Below, piece by piece: positions 34,374 to 44,841 of a stretch of DNA of 64,000 bases. Origin of the DNA: an uncultured bacterium (GTDB lineage: Bacteria > Patescibacteriota > Minisyncoccia > UBA6257 > 2-01-FULL-56-20); NCBI GenBank assembly GCA_963707865.1, contig OY970175.1:630028-694027 (forward strand). Direction: 5' to 3'. The notes beneath the pieces are model-generated. The model saw only the letters and a list, made by a program, of their open reading frames with translations. It was not told the DNA's origin and ran no database searches. Positions within the stretch are counted from its first letter, which is position 1. Every line of letters starts with the position of its first letter. Made by a program: the position numbers and the translations under genes.

Positions 34374-36467
34374 TTATGCTTGGAGGTCCAAGTTCTGCAC
34401 CGTCGCCGCGTGCGCTTGGATAAAATTCTTGCGCGGTTCCACGGCATCGCCCATCAGTATGTCAAAAAGTTTGTCCGCCTTTTCCGCATCGTCCACCATC
34501 ACCTGCTTCATTGTGCGGTTCTCCGGATTCATGGTCGTTTCCCAAAGCTGTCCTGCGTTCATCTCCCCCAAGCCCTTGTACCGCTGGATGTTCGGGAGGC
34601 GCGTATTGCCGCCCACACTTCCACTCTCTGGCATCACCTCTCCCTCTATTACAGTCCCCTCTGTAGCGGCCGCGGAAGAAGCATCGTTGGTGGCTGGCGC
34701 TTCTTTTTTCTTCGCGGACTTTTTCTCCGCCGGTTTTTCTTTCTGCATCTCCGCGATCACCTTATCTTTCTCTGTATCCGAGAACGCATACCGCACGGCC
34801 TTGCCAAGCTGTATGCGATACAGCGGCGGCTGCGCAATATAAAGGTAACCGCCTTCCACTACTTCCTTAAAGTAACGGTAGAAGAGCGTGAGGAGCAGCG
34901 TCCGGATGTGCGCGCCGTCAACGTCCGCGTCCGTCATGATGATGACCTTGTGGTACCGAAGCTTCCCTATGTCAAACTCTTCGCCAATCGCCGTCCCGAT
35001 CGCGACCACAAGTGCACGCACTTCGGCATTCGCGAGCATCTTGTCCAAGTGCGCTCTTTCCACGTTTAAAATCTTCCCGCGCAAAGGAAGAATCGCCTGT
35101 GTGTGACGATTTCTCCCCTGCTTTGCCGTACCTCCCGCCGAATCGCCTTCCACAATAAAGAGTTCCGACTCCGCGGCATCTTTTGAAATGCAGTCGGCAA
35201 GCTTGCCTGGCAACGTAAGCCCCTCAAAGGCACCTTTGCGCAAAACAGTTTCCCGCGCTGCGCGTGCGGCAAGCCGCGCCTTCGCGGTAAGCAACACCTT
35301 CGCGACGATGGACTTCGCTTCCTGCGGGTGCTTCTCCAAAAAATCCTTCAGCGCCTCGTTCACCACGCTCTCCACCGCCGTCCGTGCCTCTGGATTGCCG
35401 AGCTTCGCTTTGGTCTGCCCTTCAAACTGCGGCTCGCGGAGCTTCACGGAAATCACGGCCATCAACCCCTCGCGCACATCGTCGCTCGTCAGGTTCTCGT
35501 CCTTTTCTTTCAGGTATCCTTCTGCACGCGCATAGGCATTCAAAGAACGCGTGAGTGCCGAACGGAAACCGGTGAGATGCATCCCACCGTCCGGCGTGTA
35601 AATGTTGTTCGCAAAGCTCATCTCCTGCACCTTCGTGTCGTCCACGTACTGGAACGCCGCTTCCACGTCTATCTTTTCCTGTTCTTTATCAACGTAAAAA
35701 ATATCTTCCTGCAGCTTGTTCTTCTTTTCGGCAAGGAATCGCACGAACGAAAGCAATCCGCCCTCGAAATAAAATCCATAGAATATCGGTACTTTCAGAC
35801 GGTGGTCAAACACATTGAGCCGCACGCCTTTTGTGAGGTACGCCTGCTGGCGTAAATGGTCCAATATGGTCTTGTCGTTGAATTCCATCTCGGAAAAAAC
35901 CTGCGGATCGGGGGAAAAAGTGACTTTGGTGCCATGCCATTTGGAAGCGCCTGCTTTCTTCACTTTGTATTTCGGTTTCCCGCGTTCGTATTCCTGCACG
36001 TAGAGCCCCCCGTCGCGCCCCACTTCCACTTTGAGCCATTCCGAAAGCGCGTTCACGACAGATACACCTACCCCGTGCAGCCCACCAGAAACTTTGTACG
36101 ATTCGCCGCCGAATTTGCCTCCGGCGTGGAGCGTCGTCATCACGGTCTCAAGTGCCGACTTCTTCGTCTGCGCATGTCTTTCCACCGGAATGCCCCGGCC
36201 GTCGTCCGTCACCGCCACTTTATTTCCGGGCAAGAGCTCAACCACGATATTCTTCGCGTATCCCGCCATCGCCTCATCAATAGAGTTGTCCACCACCTCC
36301 CAGATCAAGTGGTGCAATCCGATGGACCCCGTGGAGCCGATGTACATTCCGGGCCGCTTGCGCACCGGCTCAAGCCCTTCAAGAACGTAAATGTCCTTCG
36401 CGCTGTAGGATGCGCTGCCTTTGTTGGTATCCTTTTTGACCTCCTTTTTCGCTTGTTTTTTGGGCAT
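34374..36467 (-). CDS. gyrB: DNA gyrase subunit B
   Basis: VRKRPGMYIG, EVVDNSIDE, SGGLHGVGVS, EGDSAGG, PLRGK, QRYKGLGEM. Confidence 0.97.
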   Translation of the reverse strand: MPKKQAKKEVKKDTNKGSASYSAKDIYVLEGLEPVRKRPGMYIGSTGSIGLHHLIWEVVDNSIDEAMAGYAKNIVVELLPGNKVAVTDDGRGIPVERHAQTKKSALETVMTTLHAGGKFGGESYKVSGGLHGVGVSVVNALSEWLKVEVGRDGGLYVQEYERGKPKYKVKKAGASKWHGTKVTFSPDPQVFSEMEFNDKTILDHLRQQAYLTKGVRLNVFDHRLKVPIFYGFYFEGGLLSFVRFLAEKKNKLQEDIFYVDKEQEKIDVEAAFQYVDDTKVQEMSFANNIYTPDGGMHLTGFRSALTRSLNAYARAEGYLKEKDENLTSDDVREGLMAVISVKLREPQFEGQTKAKLGNPEARTAVESVVNEALKDFLEKHPQEAKSIVAKVLLTAKARLAARAARETVLRKGAFEGLTLPGKLADCISKDAAESELFIVEGDSAGGTAKQGRNRHTQAILPLRGKILNVERAHLDKMLANAEVRALVVAIGTAIGEEFDIGKLRYHKVIIMTDADVDGAHIRTLLLTLFYRYFKEVVEGGYLYIAQPPLYRIQLGKAVRYAFSDTEKDKVIAEMQKEKPAEKKSAKKKEAPATNDASSAAATEGTVIEGEVMPESGSVGGNTRLPNIQRYKGLGEMNAGQLWETTMNPENRTMKQVMVDDAEKADKLFDILMGDAVEPRKNFIQAHAATVQNLDLQA

Positions 36468-36542
36468 TTTCGGGCCTCTTCAAAAAATAATCCCGCCGGA
36501 ACGGATGTCTTATTCTAGCACATTTTGGCCCCGCTTTTCAAG

Positions 36543-37691
36543 CTAAAATTGTGCGGTTTGCGGGACGCCGAGGCCGGTCACGTAGTCGTAGCGGGCGCGT
36601 GCGTTGCAATAATATTTGCAGGTGCCATTCGCGCCGCTCGTGATGTCGCGAAAATATTTGAGTGTATTGCCGGATGCCTTGTCCGAATACAGTTTGGAAA
36701 GCGAGACAGAAAGATTGAGCGCATGAATTGCCGCCCATTGCGGCGCCCCTGCGGAGGTGCCGCCGATCGTATACCAACCATTCTTTGAGGAACCAGTAGT
36801 CCTGTAAACCACATAACCGGATTTTGGATCGGCGTTATAGGCCACGTCGGGGACCGCGCGATGGCCGCTCGCTTTCGGAATGTTGTACGCCCTTTGATAG
36901 TCCGGCTCCGGCTCATACGCACTCACGCCGCCGCCGCTTCCCGACCATGCGGCCTCCGAAATGAACGCGCCGCTTTTAAAAAGCTCCAGCGAGGTGCCGC
37001 CGACGCCAACCACGTTCGGCGATGCAGCGGGCCACTCCACACCCGCGCCGTCGTCACCCGACGCCGCAAAAAATACCGCGCCCGATCTACTCACGAGATG
37101 CGAATCAAGCGAAAGCTCTTCGGGAAACTCATCGCCGCCCCAGCTCATAGAGACCGCGGCCACATCTTTTCGCGCAGCAGCATAATCAATCGCCGCGAGC
37201 AGGTTCGCGCCACTCGCCGTCTTTGCCTCCACGAGCAGGATCTTCGCCTGCGGCGCTATCGCGTGCGCCCATTCAACGTCAAGTGATTCCTCCAATGCCC
37301 ATCCGCCGTTCGTCGCCGTTGAGCTCGCCATTTTATGTTTTTCGAAGCAACCGTTTTTTGTGGTGCACGCGGGCAATCCGTAGATTTTATTGAATACTGC
37401 GAGATCATTCTCAATGTTCGGGGCGTCATATGCATCAATGATGGCGATCGTCCCCTGCCCGCCCGTGGACGGCAAGTTATAAATCCTTTTAATCTCCGCC
37501 GGCGTGACGCCCGCGGGCGCCTTCTGCGCCGACCGGAAAATGCGAATCGGCGGCCTGCCTAAAAAGCCGGAAAAATGATAAGCGGCCTCCGCCGTCCGCA
37601 ACGGCGGCAAAGCCGACGACCAAACCGGCATCCACGCCCAACCGCCCGCAACCGCAACGCATAAAAAACACGACAAAATTTTGTTTTTCAT
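36543..37691 (-). CDS. Secreted S53 (sedolisin-like) peptidase
   Basis: EESLDVEW, ASGDDG, PDVA, GGTSAGAP, YDYVTGLG; signal peptide. Confidence 0.9.
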   Translation of the reverse strand: MKNKILSCFLCVAVAGGWAWMPVWSSALPPLRTAEAAYHFSGFLGRPPIRIFRSAQKAPAGVTPAEIKRIYNLPSTGGQGTIAIIDAYDAPNIENDLAVFNKIYGLPACTTKNGCFEKHKMASSTATNGGWALEESLDVEWAHAIAPQAKILLVEAKTASGANLLAAIDYAAARKDVAAVSMSWGGDEFPEELSLDSHLVSRSGAVFFAASGDDGAGVEWPAASPNVVGVGGTSLELFKSGAFISEAAWSGSGGGVSAYEPEPDYQRAYNIPKASGHRAVPDVAYNADPKSGYVVYRTTGSSKNGWYTIGGTSAGAPQWAAIHALNLSVSLSKLYSDKASGNTLKYFRDITSGANGTCKYYCNARARYDYVTGLGVPQTAQF

Positions 37692-37953
37692 GCCGCAATC
37701 CTAGCACAAAGGGCATTAAAACTATCTTAAAGGAAACAAGGAAACATGGAGTCAGGCATAACCTTCTGTAAGGGACGGCGTCGTTTCCTCCGACAGGGAA
37801 ACGCGTCCCTCTCACCACGGCAGGCGACCTAAGGGTCGCCTCAAGCCGCCGTGGCTCCAAGACACCCTTACAAAAGGTTATGCTTGGTTTTGCTGTCCAC
37901 TACACTGAATCGTTTTTGGAGCTGTTTCTCCACATTCCGTCTGTGGTGTCAGT

Positions 37954-38739
37954 CTAGCGCTTCGGCCAACCTATGATGACCGACGTGGTATTGGGCGAAG
38001 AAAAAGTGCCCTGCGGATTCAACGCCGAGAGAACTTCCCGAGCTCTTTTATCAAAAGCATCCACCTTATTTCCAAATAACGCTTTGGATGCAAAAGAGCT
38101 GGAGTATAACATGCCGAGGATCGTATCAATATCAATTTCCCCCTGCTCATTAAACTTAAACGTTTCGGTGGAAAAGTTCGCGTCTTCTAGCATCTCTTTA
38201 TAAGGTTTTCCCGGCGGAGCGAAGGTGCCCGATCCCGCACGGCGTTCTTCTCCGAGAAATTCTTTTACCGCGCCGATCACCTCCTTCTGCCACTCCTGCT
38301 TTCCATTCCACCAACTTTCACCATTCACAAGCACGAGCCCTCCCCCGGAGGTAAGCGAATGATGGACATGCGGAAGAATGGCCCTCTGGTCCATCCAGTG
38401 AAATGCACTTCCGATGCCGACCAATCGAAACGTGTCGTCGGTCGGGAAGAACTCCTCCGCGGTCTTCAAAACCCATTGGATATTCCTATCTCCCCGCTTT
38501 TCTGCTATTGTGCTCCCCATCGCAAGCATTTCTGCATCAGGGTCAACTGCAATAACTCTTGCGAAATCATGAGTAAGTGGAAAGGTTAATCGTCCCGTGC
38601 CACACCCGAGGTCAAGGAATACGCCTTTGCCGTCCAGATGAAACGTGGAACGGATGAACGCAAAAACTTTACCCGGATATTGGAGACGATATCGTTCATA
38701 ATATGAAGCAGTTCCTCGAAAGAGATTTGGATCGTTCAT
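37954..38739 (-). CDS. Class I SAM-dependent methyltransferase
   Basis: LDLGCGTG, AVDPDAEML, AFHWMD. Confidence 0.92.
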   Translation of the reverse strand: MNDPNLFRGTASYYERYRLQYPGKVFAFIRSTFHLDGKGVFLDLGCGTGRLTFPLTHDFARVIAVDPDAEMLAMGSTIAEKRGDRNIQWVLKTAEEFFPTDDTFRLVGIGSAFHWMDQRAILPHVHHSLTSGGGLVLVNGESWWNGKQEWQKEVIGAVKEFLGEERRAGSGTFAPPGKPYKEMLEDANFSTETFKFNEQGEIDIDTILGMLYSSSFASKALFGNKVDAFDKRAREVLSALNPQGTFSSPNTTSVIIGWPKR

Positions 38740-38765
38740 TAGGCTAGATTATAACAAAGAGAGAA

Positions 38766-40187
38766 CTACCCCTTCGTGCTGCGGTCGTTCACGCTCACAA
38801 AGCGGAACCCTTCCGAGCGCATGGCGGGGAGGATATAGGGCGTGTCATCATTCTCCATAGAAAGCGTGGGGTGCGAAGGCGAGAGGTGTGTGACGCGGCT
38901 CAGGGCCTGGGGCAAACTTTCGTCAAAGCGGAGGTGCTCAGTGGGACCGACAACCTCGCCATCCTTCACGAGGAAAACGCCGTGGAGCGTGGTGCCGGTG
39001 GCGCTCCCGTCCTGCTGGTGCGTCGCGCGGATATAATGGAGCGTCGTGATCCAGAGCGCGGGCTTTTTTGACGCGCGGATCATTTCTTCCACGTTTGAAG
39101 CGCCGCCTTCAATCGCAAGGTGAAGCGGCAGGGCGCCGAAACTCCTCATGGACGCCGGTAGAGCGTGGCCAGTGGAAACCGTACCGTATTTTTTCGCGAG
39201 CGCGTTGTCGTACGCCACACCCTTCGCAATGCCTTTTTCCACAAGCACAAGCTTCTGCTTCGGAAATCCTTCGTAATCAAACGCTTGTGGAATGCCCTGC
39301 GGATTTAAAGGGTCGTCCACGATCGTGATGTTCTCCCCCATCACGCGCGTGCCGAGCTTTCCGGAAAAAAAGCTCGTGCCTTCCTGGTACGCTTTCCCAT
39401 TCCACGCTTCCGCCTGCCCCGAAAAAATCGCGAGGAGCCCCGCCCAACATGACGGCTCCATGATCACGTCCAATCGCTGCGGCCCCGGTTTCCCGCCAAA
39501 GGGATCAATGCGCTTCCCACCGTGCGCCGTAAGATATTTTTTTTGGATCGCGAGTTTCTTTCTCACATCCTCCGCGACCACGGCGACACCGAATTCCTTG
39601 AGCGATTTCCCCGCCACCGTGCGGTATGCGGAAATAGAACGGTCATTCGGATCAAAACCGAAGATGGAAAGTTCCGCGCTCGTGGCCTTCGCATTCTGGA
39701 GAGTACCTGCAGAATTCGCGAATGTGAGCTCGCTCACGCCCTGCGCAATCGCGCCGTCAAATACGAATCCCGCCGGTTCAATGATTCCGTTCACTTCCTG
39801 TATGGTGCGCACGAGCTTTCCGTCATCCATTTGCGCGGTTTCCGCGTCGTAGAGCAGCGCCTCCGGAACGGATGCTTTGGGGAACGGTTTCGCGGGAATG
39901 AAAAGTTCCTCCCTTTCGCGCGGCAGGAGGCGCGCCTTCAAAAATAAATTTTCAATTTCGCCCGGGAGCGCGCCCAATGAATCGCACGATGCGTTCACCC
40001 GCTTGCCGTCAATGATGCAGCTCACCATGATGGAAATCCCCTCGCCCGCCGTCGGCTGGTAACTCTCGCCGTCCGTGATGCGCTTGAATGAGTGTGTGCC
40101 TTGCGAAACCATCGCTTCCGTAAACGCTGCGCCTCGTTTTTTTGTATCCTCAAGAACTTTTGCGATAATCTCCTGTGCGTTTTTCAT
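38766..40187 (-). CDS. TldE/PmbA family protein
   Basis: FDYEGFP...LVEKG, STGHA, lacks HExxH; pairs with tldD. Confidence 0.85.
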   Translation of the reverse strand: MKNAQEIIAKVLEDTKKRGAAFTEAMVSQGTHSFKRITDGESYQPTAGEGISIMVSCIIDGKRVNASCDSLGALPGEIENLFLKARLLPREREELFIPAKPFPKASVPEALLYDAETAQMDDGKLVRTIQEVNGIIEPAGFVFDGAIAQGVSELTFANSAGTLQNAKATSAELSIFGFDPNDRSISAYRTVAGKSLKEFGVAVVAEDVRKKLAIQKKYLTAHGGKRIDPFGGKPGPQRLDVIMEPSCWAGLLAIFSGQAEAWNGKAYQEGTSFFSGKLGTRVMGENITIVDDPLNPQGIPQAFDYEGFPKQKLVLVEKGIAKGVAYDNALAKKYGTVSTGHALPASMRSFGALPLHLAIEGGASNVEEMIRASKKPALWITTLHYIRATHQQDGSATGTTLHGVFLVKDGEVVGPTEHLRFDESLPQALSRVTHLSPSHPTLSMENDDTPYILPAMRSEGFRFVSVNDRSTKG

Positions 40188-40228
40188 GTTGGGGAAAATT
40201 TTTGAAAATATTCGGCGAGGTGTACGTG

Positions 40229-41782
40229 CTATTTTTTCACGGCGGTCGCCGAACGCGATGAATCAACATTGATATCTTTGTACCAGGTGGGCGGCGTACA
40301 ATGCCCGGTGGCCATACTTTGCACCGGCCGTCCTTTCCCGCAATTGCCGACGCCGAGCAAGAGCGCACTCTTTGCATCTGCGGGCGTCACGCAGTTCCTG
40401 AAAAACTGCTTCAAATTGTCACCACGATAAATAGGATTGCGCCGCGGCTCCCATACCGCCCTCCCGTTCCGCAAAACTTTCTCCCATCCGGTCTCCGTGC
40501 CGAACTGGAAATCGCGGCGGTAGGGATCAATGGACCAGCTCTTGTTGTTGCCGAAGCGGATCGTTCCCGCGGGCACGCGGTCCAGCATCTCCTCATACGA
40601 AATTTCGCCGGGGAGGAGAGAAATATTGTTCATGCGAATAAGTGGAAACGCGGCATAGCTCGCCGCGCGCATGGCGCCGCTCGCTTCCGTGAAATAATTT
40701 TTGCCGAGTTTGCGATTGAGCGACGGCACGCTCTCGCGGGAAACAAGAAGTCCCTTCCAGATGCCGCGATCCACGAGCACCGTCTTTTTCGCAGGAACCC
40801 CTTCGTCGTCGCAGGCGAACGTCCCCACGCCGCCCTCCGTCAAGCTGTCGGCAACGATGCTCACTGCGTCAGAACCAAACCGAAACGAGCCGATCTCGGG
40901 GAGCACAAGCGAGAACAAGCTGCCGCCAGAGAGCGACCATTCTTTGTCGTCCACGCGATCACCTTCCGCGCCGTGTACCGTTTCGTGCGTCGCATGCAGG
41001 TTATTCTGTTCCGGCATCAAAATGATGTCGCGCACGCCAGTCGGGGTTTCCGACGCATCCAAAAACCGATCCGCCTCTTCCGCAATCCGCCCCGCGTTTC
41101 CCGCAAGATCAAAATCAAGCACCGCTTCCCACCCTTTTTGCATGACCGACGGGAAGTGCGACGGGTGGGAACAGGTCTGCTTGTCCGGATCGGCATGGTC
41201 GCGTTCTGCGGTCGCCGTGACGCTTGCGCCGACGCGCGTGAACATTTGGTCGGCGAACACCTCGTCGCTCGTGAGCAAAATCTTTCTGAAGCGATAGGAG
41301 TTTATGCTCCCCTTTCTCAAAAACACGCGCTTGCTCGCATCGGCCATCGCCCGATCCGCGCGCAAAAGCAATTCCACTTTTTTATCAACCGCAATGGAAA
41401 ATGGATCGGTCTCATATTTGGAAGCGTAATGATAATCCTTTCCGCGTTCGTCCTCGCAAAGCGGCAGGAGCGCGACAGGATGCTTGCGCGTCGCCGCATT
41501 CGCACGCGCGTTCGCGAGCGCGCGGTCCACTACCTTCCCAATCTCCGCCCGCTCCAATGTATCGGTCGCATAAAATCCCCAGGCGCCCTCGCAAAGCACA
41601 CGCACGCCGAATCCCGCATGCGTGCCCGTACTCACACTCGTGACTTCGCCGTTCTCCGTTTCCACTTCTTCAAAACGATCCTCGGGGTAAACTCGTATAT
41701 CTGCATAGGAAGCGCCCCCGCGCCTTGCGCGCTGAATCGCTTCCTCGGTGAACGAACGCCAATCCTCCATAATGCTTTCCAT
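40229..41782 (-). CDS. tldD: TldD family metalloprotease
   Basis: GFGVRV..GAWGF, HETVH..E.D, DDEGVP, IRMNN, CGKG.P.Q; start approximate. Confidence 0.88.
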   Translation of the reverse strand: MESIMEDWRSFTEEAIQRARRGGASYADIRVYPEDRFEEVETENGEVTSVSTGTHAGFGVRVLCEGAWGFYATDTLERAEIGKVVDRALANARANAATRKHPVALLPLCEDERGKDYHYASKYETDPFSIAVDKKVELLLRADRAMADASKRVFLRKGSINSYRFRKILLTSDEVFADQMFTRVGASVTATAERDHADPDKQTCSHPSHFPSVMQKGWEAVLDFDLAGNAGRIAEEADRFLDASETPTGVRDIILMPEQNNLHATHETVHGAEGDRVDDKEWSLSGGSLFSLVLPEIGSFRFGSDAVSIVADSLTEGGVGTFACDDEGVPAKKTVLVDRGIWKGLLVSRESVPSLNRKLGKNYFTEASGAMRAASYAAFPLIRMNNISLLPGEISYEEMLDRVPAGTIRFGNNKSWSIDPYRRDFQFGTETGWEKVLRNGRAVWEPRRNPIYRGDNLKQFFRNCVTPADAKSALLLGVGNCGKGRPVQSMATGHCTPPTWYKDINVDSSRSATAVKK

Positions 41783-41865
41783 TGTAAGAAAATTCGGGCC
41801 TAAACGCCAGAGCCCACCTGCGGGCCCTGGCACCAATTCCCTCACGCTTTTCGTATAATTATCCA

Positions 41866-42444
41866 ATGAAAAAATATTTCCTGTCTTTTTTCCTCGTCAT
41901 CGCTTTCGCGTTTTACGTTATGCTCAACAACCAAAGTTCGGTGGATATCGGTCCTTCCGCCGGCGCGCCGATAACGGCGAACACCGGTGCCAATGCGAAC
42001 AACGCAGCGGGCTTGCCCGCCGAGCCGACGCAAAGGAGTACGGGCAGCGGCACGACGGGCCAGACGGAGGACAACGGCAGCTCGGGGAACGGAGGAACCG
42101 CAACGCCGTCGCCTGCGCCGACACAAACGCCAACCCCGACGCCGGCACAAACTGCGGGCGCATATAAAGACGGCTCTTACACTGGAAGTGTGGCCAACGC
42201 GTACTATGGCAATGTCCAGGTGAAAGCAATTGTCCAGGGCGGGCAACTAAGCGACGTACAAGTTCTCCAATACCCGAGCGACCGCGGCACTTCGCGCGAG
42301 ATCAACGGCGCCGCAATGCCGCAGCTTGTGCAAGAGGCGATCCAGGCGCAGAGCGCGAACGTAAACGTCGTTTCGGGTGCTACGCAATCAAGCGGAGCGT
42401 TTCAACAATCGCTCGCCTCGGCGCTCGCGCAGGCAAAAGCATAG
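41866..42444 (+). CDS. Extracytoplasmic FMN-binding protein
   Basis: N-terminal TM, low-complexity linker, YKDGSYTG...VVSGAT flavinylation motif. Confidence 0.9.
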   Translation: MKKYFLSFFLVIAFAFYVMLNNQSSVDIGPSAGAPITANTGANANNAAGLPAEPTQRSTGSGTTGQTEDNGSSGNGGTATPSPAPTQTPTPTPAQTAGAYKDGSYTGSVANAYYGNVQVKAIVQGGQLSDVQVLQYPSDRGTSREINGAAMPQLVQEAIQAQSANVNVVSGATQSSGAFQQSLASALAQAKA

Positions 42445-42457
42445 ACCGCACCGCACG

Positions 42458-43210
42458 ATGAAAGAAACGAGGATCCTGATGGACATGCCGATCACGGTGG
42501 AGATCGCGGATGCGGCGGACGCAAAAGCCGCCGAAGAAGCCGTGCGCGCGGCGTTCAATTATTTCAAATACGTGGACGAAAAATTCAGTACCTACAAAGA
42601 TACAAGCGAGATCACGGCGATCAATAAGGGAAACCTCCCATCCGAAAAGCGAAGCAAAGAAATGAAAAATATTTTCAAACTTTCGGAAGAAACCAAAAAA
42701 CTTACGGATGGTTATTTTGATATTAAACGCCCCGACGGCATGTACGACCCGTCAGGCATAGTGAAAGGATGGGCAATTTGGCAAACCGCAAAAATGGTTG
42801 AAGAGCGGGGCTTCAAAAATTTCTACGTGGACGCGGGCGGCGACATCCAAACGCACGGCGCGAACGCGGACGGCGGGAAGTGGGCGGTTGGGATAAAAAA
42901 TCCGTGGGACGAAAAAGAAAATGTGAAAATAGTATATGTAAGCGGCGAGGGTGTTGCAACCTCGGGCACTTACATCCGCGGGACACACATATATGATCCC
43001 ACGACCGGCAGGGCGGCGGACGAAATTGCGAGCATCACGGTCGTTGGCCCGAACATCTACGAAGCGGACCGCTTCGCGACCGCCGCATTCGCCATGGGCC
43101 GCGCGGGCATTCGTTTTATAGAAAAACTGGATGGCCTTGAGGGATACATGATAGATAAAAACAAAACTGCCACCATGACGAAGGGCTTTCCGAACTACAC
43201 GCATGCTTAA
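42458..43210 (+). CDS. apbE: FAD:protein FMN transferase ApbE
   Basis: FSTYK..SE, DPSGIVKGW, AGGDI, VATSGTY, HIYDP, ADRFATA. Confidence 0.92.
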   Translation: MKETRILMDMPITVEIADAADAKAAEEAVRAAFNYFKYVDEKFSTYKDTSEITAINKGNLPSEKRSKEMKNIFKLSEETKKLTDGYFDIKRPDGMYDPSGIVKGWAIWQTAKMVEERGFKNFYVDAGGDIQTHGANADGGKWAVGIKNPWDEKENVKIVYVSGEGVATSGTYIRGTHIYDPTTGRAADEIASITVVGPNIYEADRFATAAFAMGRAGIRFIEKLDGLEGYMIDKNKTATMTKGFPNYTHA

Positions 43211-44735
43211 GAAAATAGACAATCTTCTCAACCAGATCACGATGTACCGGCTCACGCTCTACGTTTTGATCGCGTTCCTCGTGATCGCCGCCGCGTTCGG
43301 CGCCCTGGGCATTCTTCCCTATTCGCCCGTCGTAATCGCGTTTTCAACCGCGGTGCTCCTTGTTGTTGCATGGATCACGAACCAGCTCTTCGCAAAAACC
43401 TTCGGCGCGCAGCCGAACGTAGAATCGGTCTACATCACGGCGCTCATTCTGGCGCTCATCATCGCGCCCGTCATGCCCTCCGGCACCCCGGCAAGCATGG
43501 CCGGTGTTTCGTTCCTTATCTGGGCGGCAATCTGGGCAATGGCGTGCAAATACATGCTCGGGAACAAGAAAAAACACTTCTTCAACCCGGCAGCCTTTGC
43601 GGTCGTGCTCACCGCCCTCACCATCAATCAATCTGCGAATTGGTGGATTGGCGGGAACCTGCCCATGCTTGCCTTCGTTGTAATCGGCGGGTTTCTCATC
43701 GTGCGGAAGATACGGCGGTTTGACCTTGTGACAAGCTTTCTTGCCGTTGGCCTCGCGACGATCTTCCTCACTAACACCGGCGAGAATCCGCTGACCGTGC
43801 TCCAACAGGTGTTCCTCCACACGCCGATCTTTTTCCTCGCATCAGTGATGCTCACGGAACCCTTGACGACACCCCCCACACGACCGGGAAGGATCGCTTA
43901 CGGCGCGCTCGTCGGATTCCTCTTTGCGCCCGCGATCCACATCGGTTCCATTTATTCCACTCCGGAGCTCGCGCTCCTCGTTGGCAACGTTTTTTCCTAT
44001 CTCGTAAGTCCGAAGGAAAAATACGTGTTCTCGCTCAAAAAGAAGGAACGGGTCGGTACCGACATTTACGACTTTGCGCTCGCAACAGAAGGACCGATCT
44101 CTTTCCGCCCCGGCCAATATATGGAGTGGACTCTGGGCCATACGAAGAGCGACAGCCGCGGCAACCGCCGTTACTTCACCGTCGCATCATCGCCCACCGA
44201 ATCCACCCTGCACCTCGGCGTGAAATTCTACGAACCCTCAAGCAGTTTCAAAAAACGCATGCTTTCCCTGCAACCGGGCGACCTGATCGTGGGCGGACAA
44301 CTCGCGGGAGATTTCGTGCTGCCAAAGAGCAAACATAAAAAACTTGTCTTTCTCGCCGGCGGCATTGGTATCACGCCCTTCCGCAGCATGGTCAAATACC
44401 TCGTGGACCGCGAAGAGAAGCGGGATGTCGTGCTTCTCTATTCCAACCGCACCGCGGACGAGGTGTCATACCGCGAAATTTTTGACGAGGCGGCGCGCAC
44501 GATCGGGCTCAAAACGATCTATGCCGTAACGGGCGCCGACGGACCGCTCCCGCCGAACAGCTACCGGGGGCGCATTGACGCCGATCTCATTGCAAAAGCC
44601 GTCCCCGACTACCGCGAACGGACTTTCTATATTTCAGGGACGAATGCGATGGTAAATTCGCTCCGCGACACGCTCCACGCAATGCACATCCCCGACCGCC
44701 GCGTGAAAACCGACTTCTTCCCGGGATTCGCGTAG
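43203..44735 (+). CDS. RnfD/NqrB-like membrane domain fused to a ferredoxin-NAD(P) reductase domain
   Basis: KHFFNPAA, MLTEPLTTP, then F.PGQY, RYFTVASSP, AGGIGITPF, YISG. Confidence 0.88.
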   Translation: MLKKIDNLLNQITMYRLTLYVLIAFLVIAAAFGALGILPYSPVVIAFSTAVLLVVAWITNQLFAKTFGAQPNVESVYITALILALIIAPVMPSGTPASMAGVSFLIWAAIWAMACKYMLGNKKKHFFNPAAFAVVLTALTINQSANWWIGGNLPMLAFVVIGGFLIVRKIRRFDLVTSFLAVGLATIFLTNTGENPLTVLQQVFLHTPIFFLASVMLTEPLTTPPTRPGRIAYGALVGFLFAPAIHIGSIYSTPELALLVGNVFSYLVSPKEKYVFSLKKKERVGTDIYDFALATEGPISFRPGQYMEWTLGHTKSDSRGNRRYFTVASSPTESTLHLGVKFYEPSSSFKKRMLSLQPGDLIVGGQLAGDFVLPKSKHKKLVFLAGGIGITPFRSMVKYLVDREEKRDVVLLYSNRTADEVSYREIFDEAARTIGLKTIYAVTGADGPLPPNSYRGRIDADLIAKAVPDYRERTFYISGTNAMVNSLRDTLHAMHIPDRRVKTDFFPGFA

Positions 44736-44841
44736 ATTGGCAGAATAAATAGTGCTTTTTATGCGGTGGCCAACTGCGCCATTCTCAGACCCAGCCGGAT
44801 TTACAGCCGCCGCGGAAACTGTAAGAATATCATCATAGCGC

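Noticed and set aside
40301-41803. Long antisense ORFs opposite tldD, groEL (52163-53335), gyrB and the sugar transferase
   Set aside because: Shadow ORFs produced by high-GC codon bias on the strand opposite clearly identified genes.
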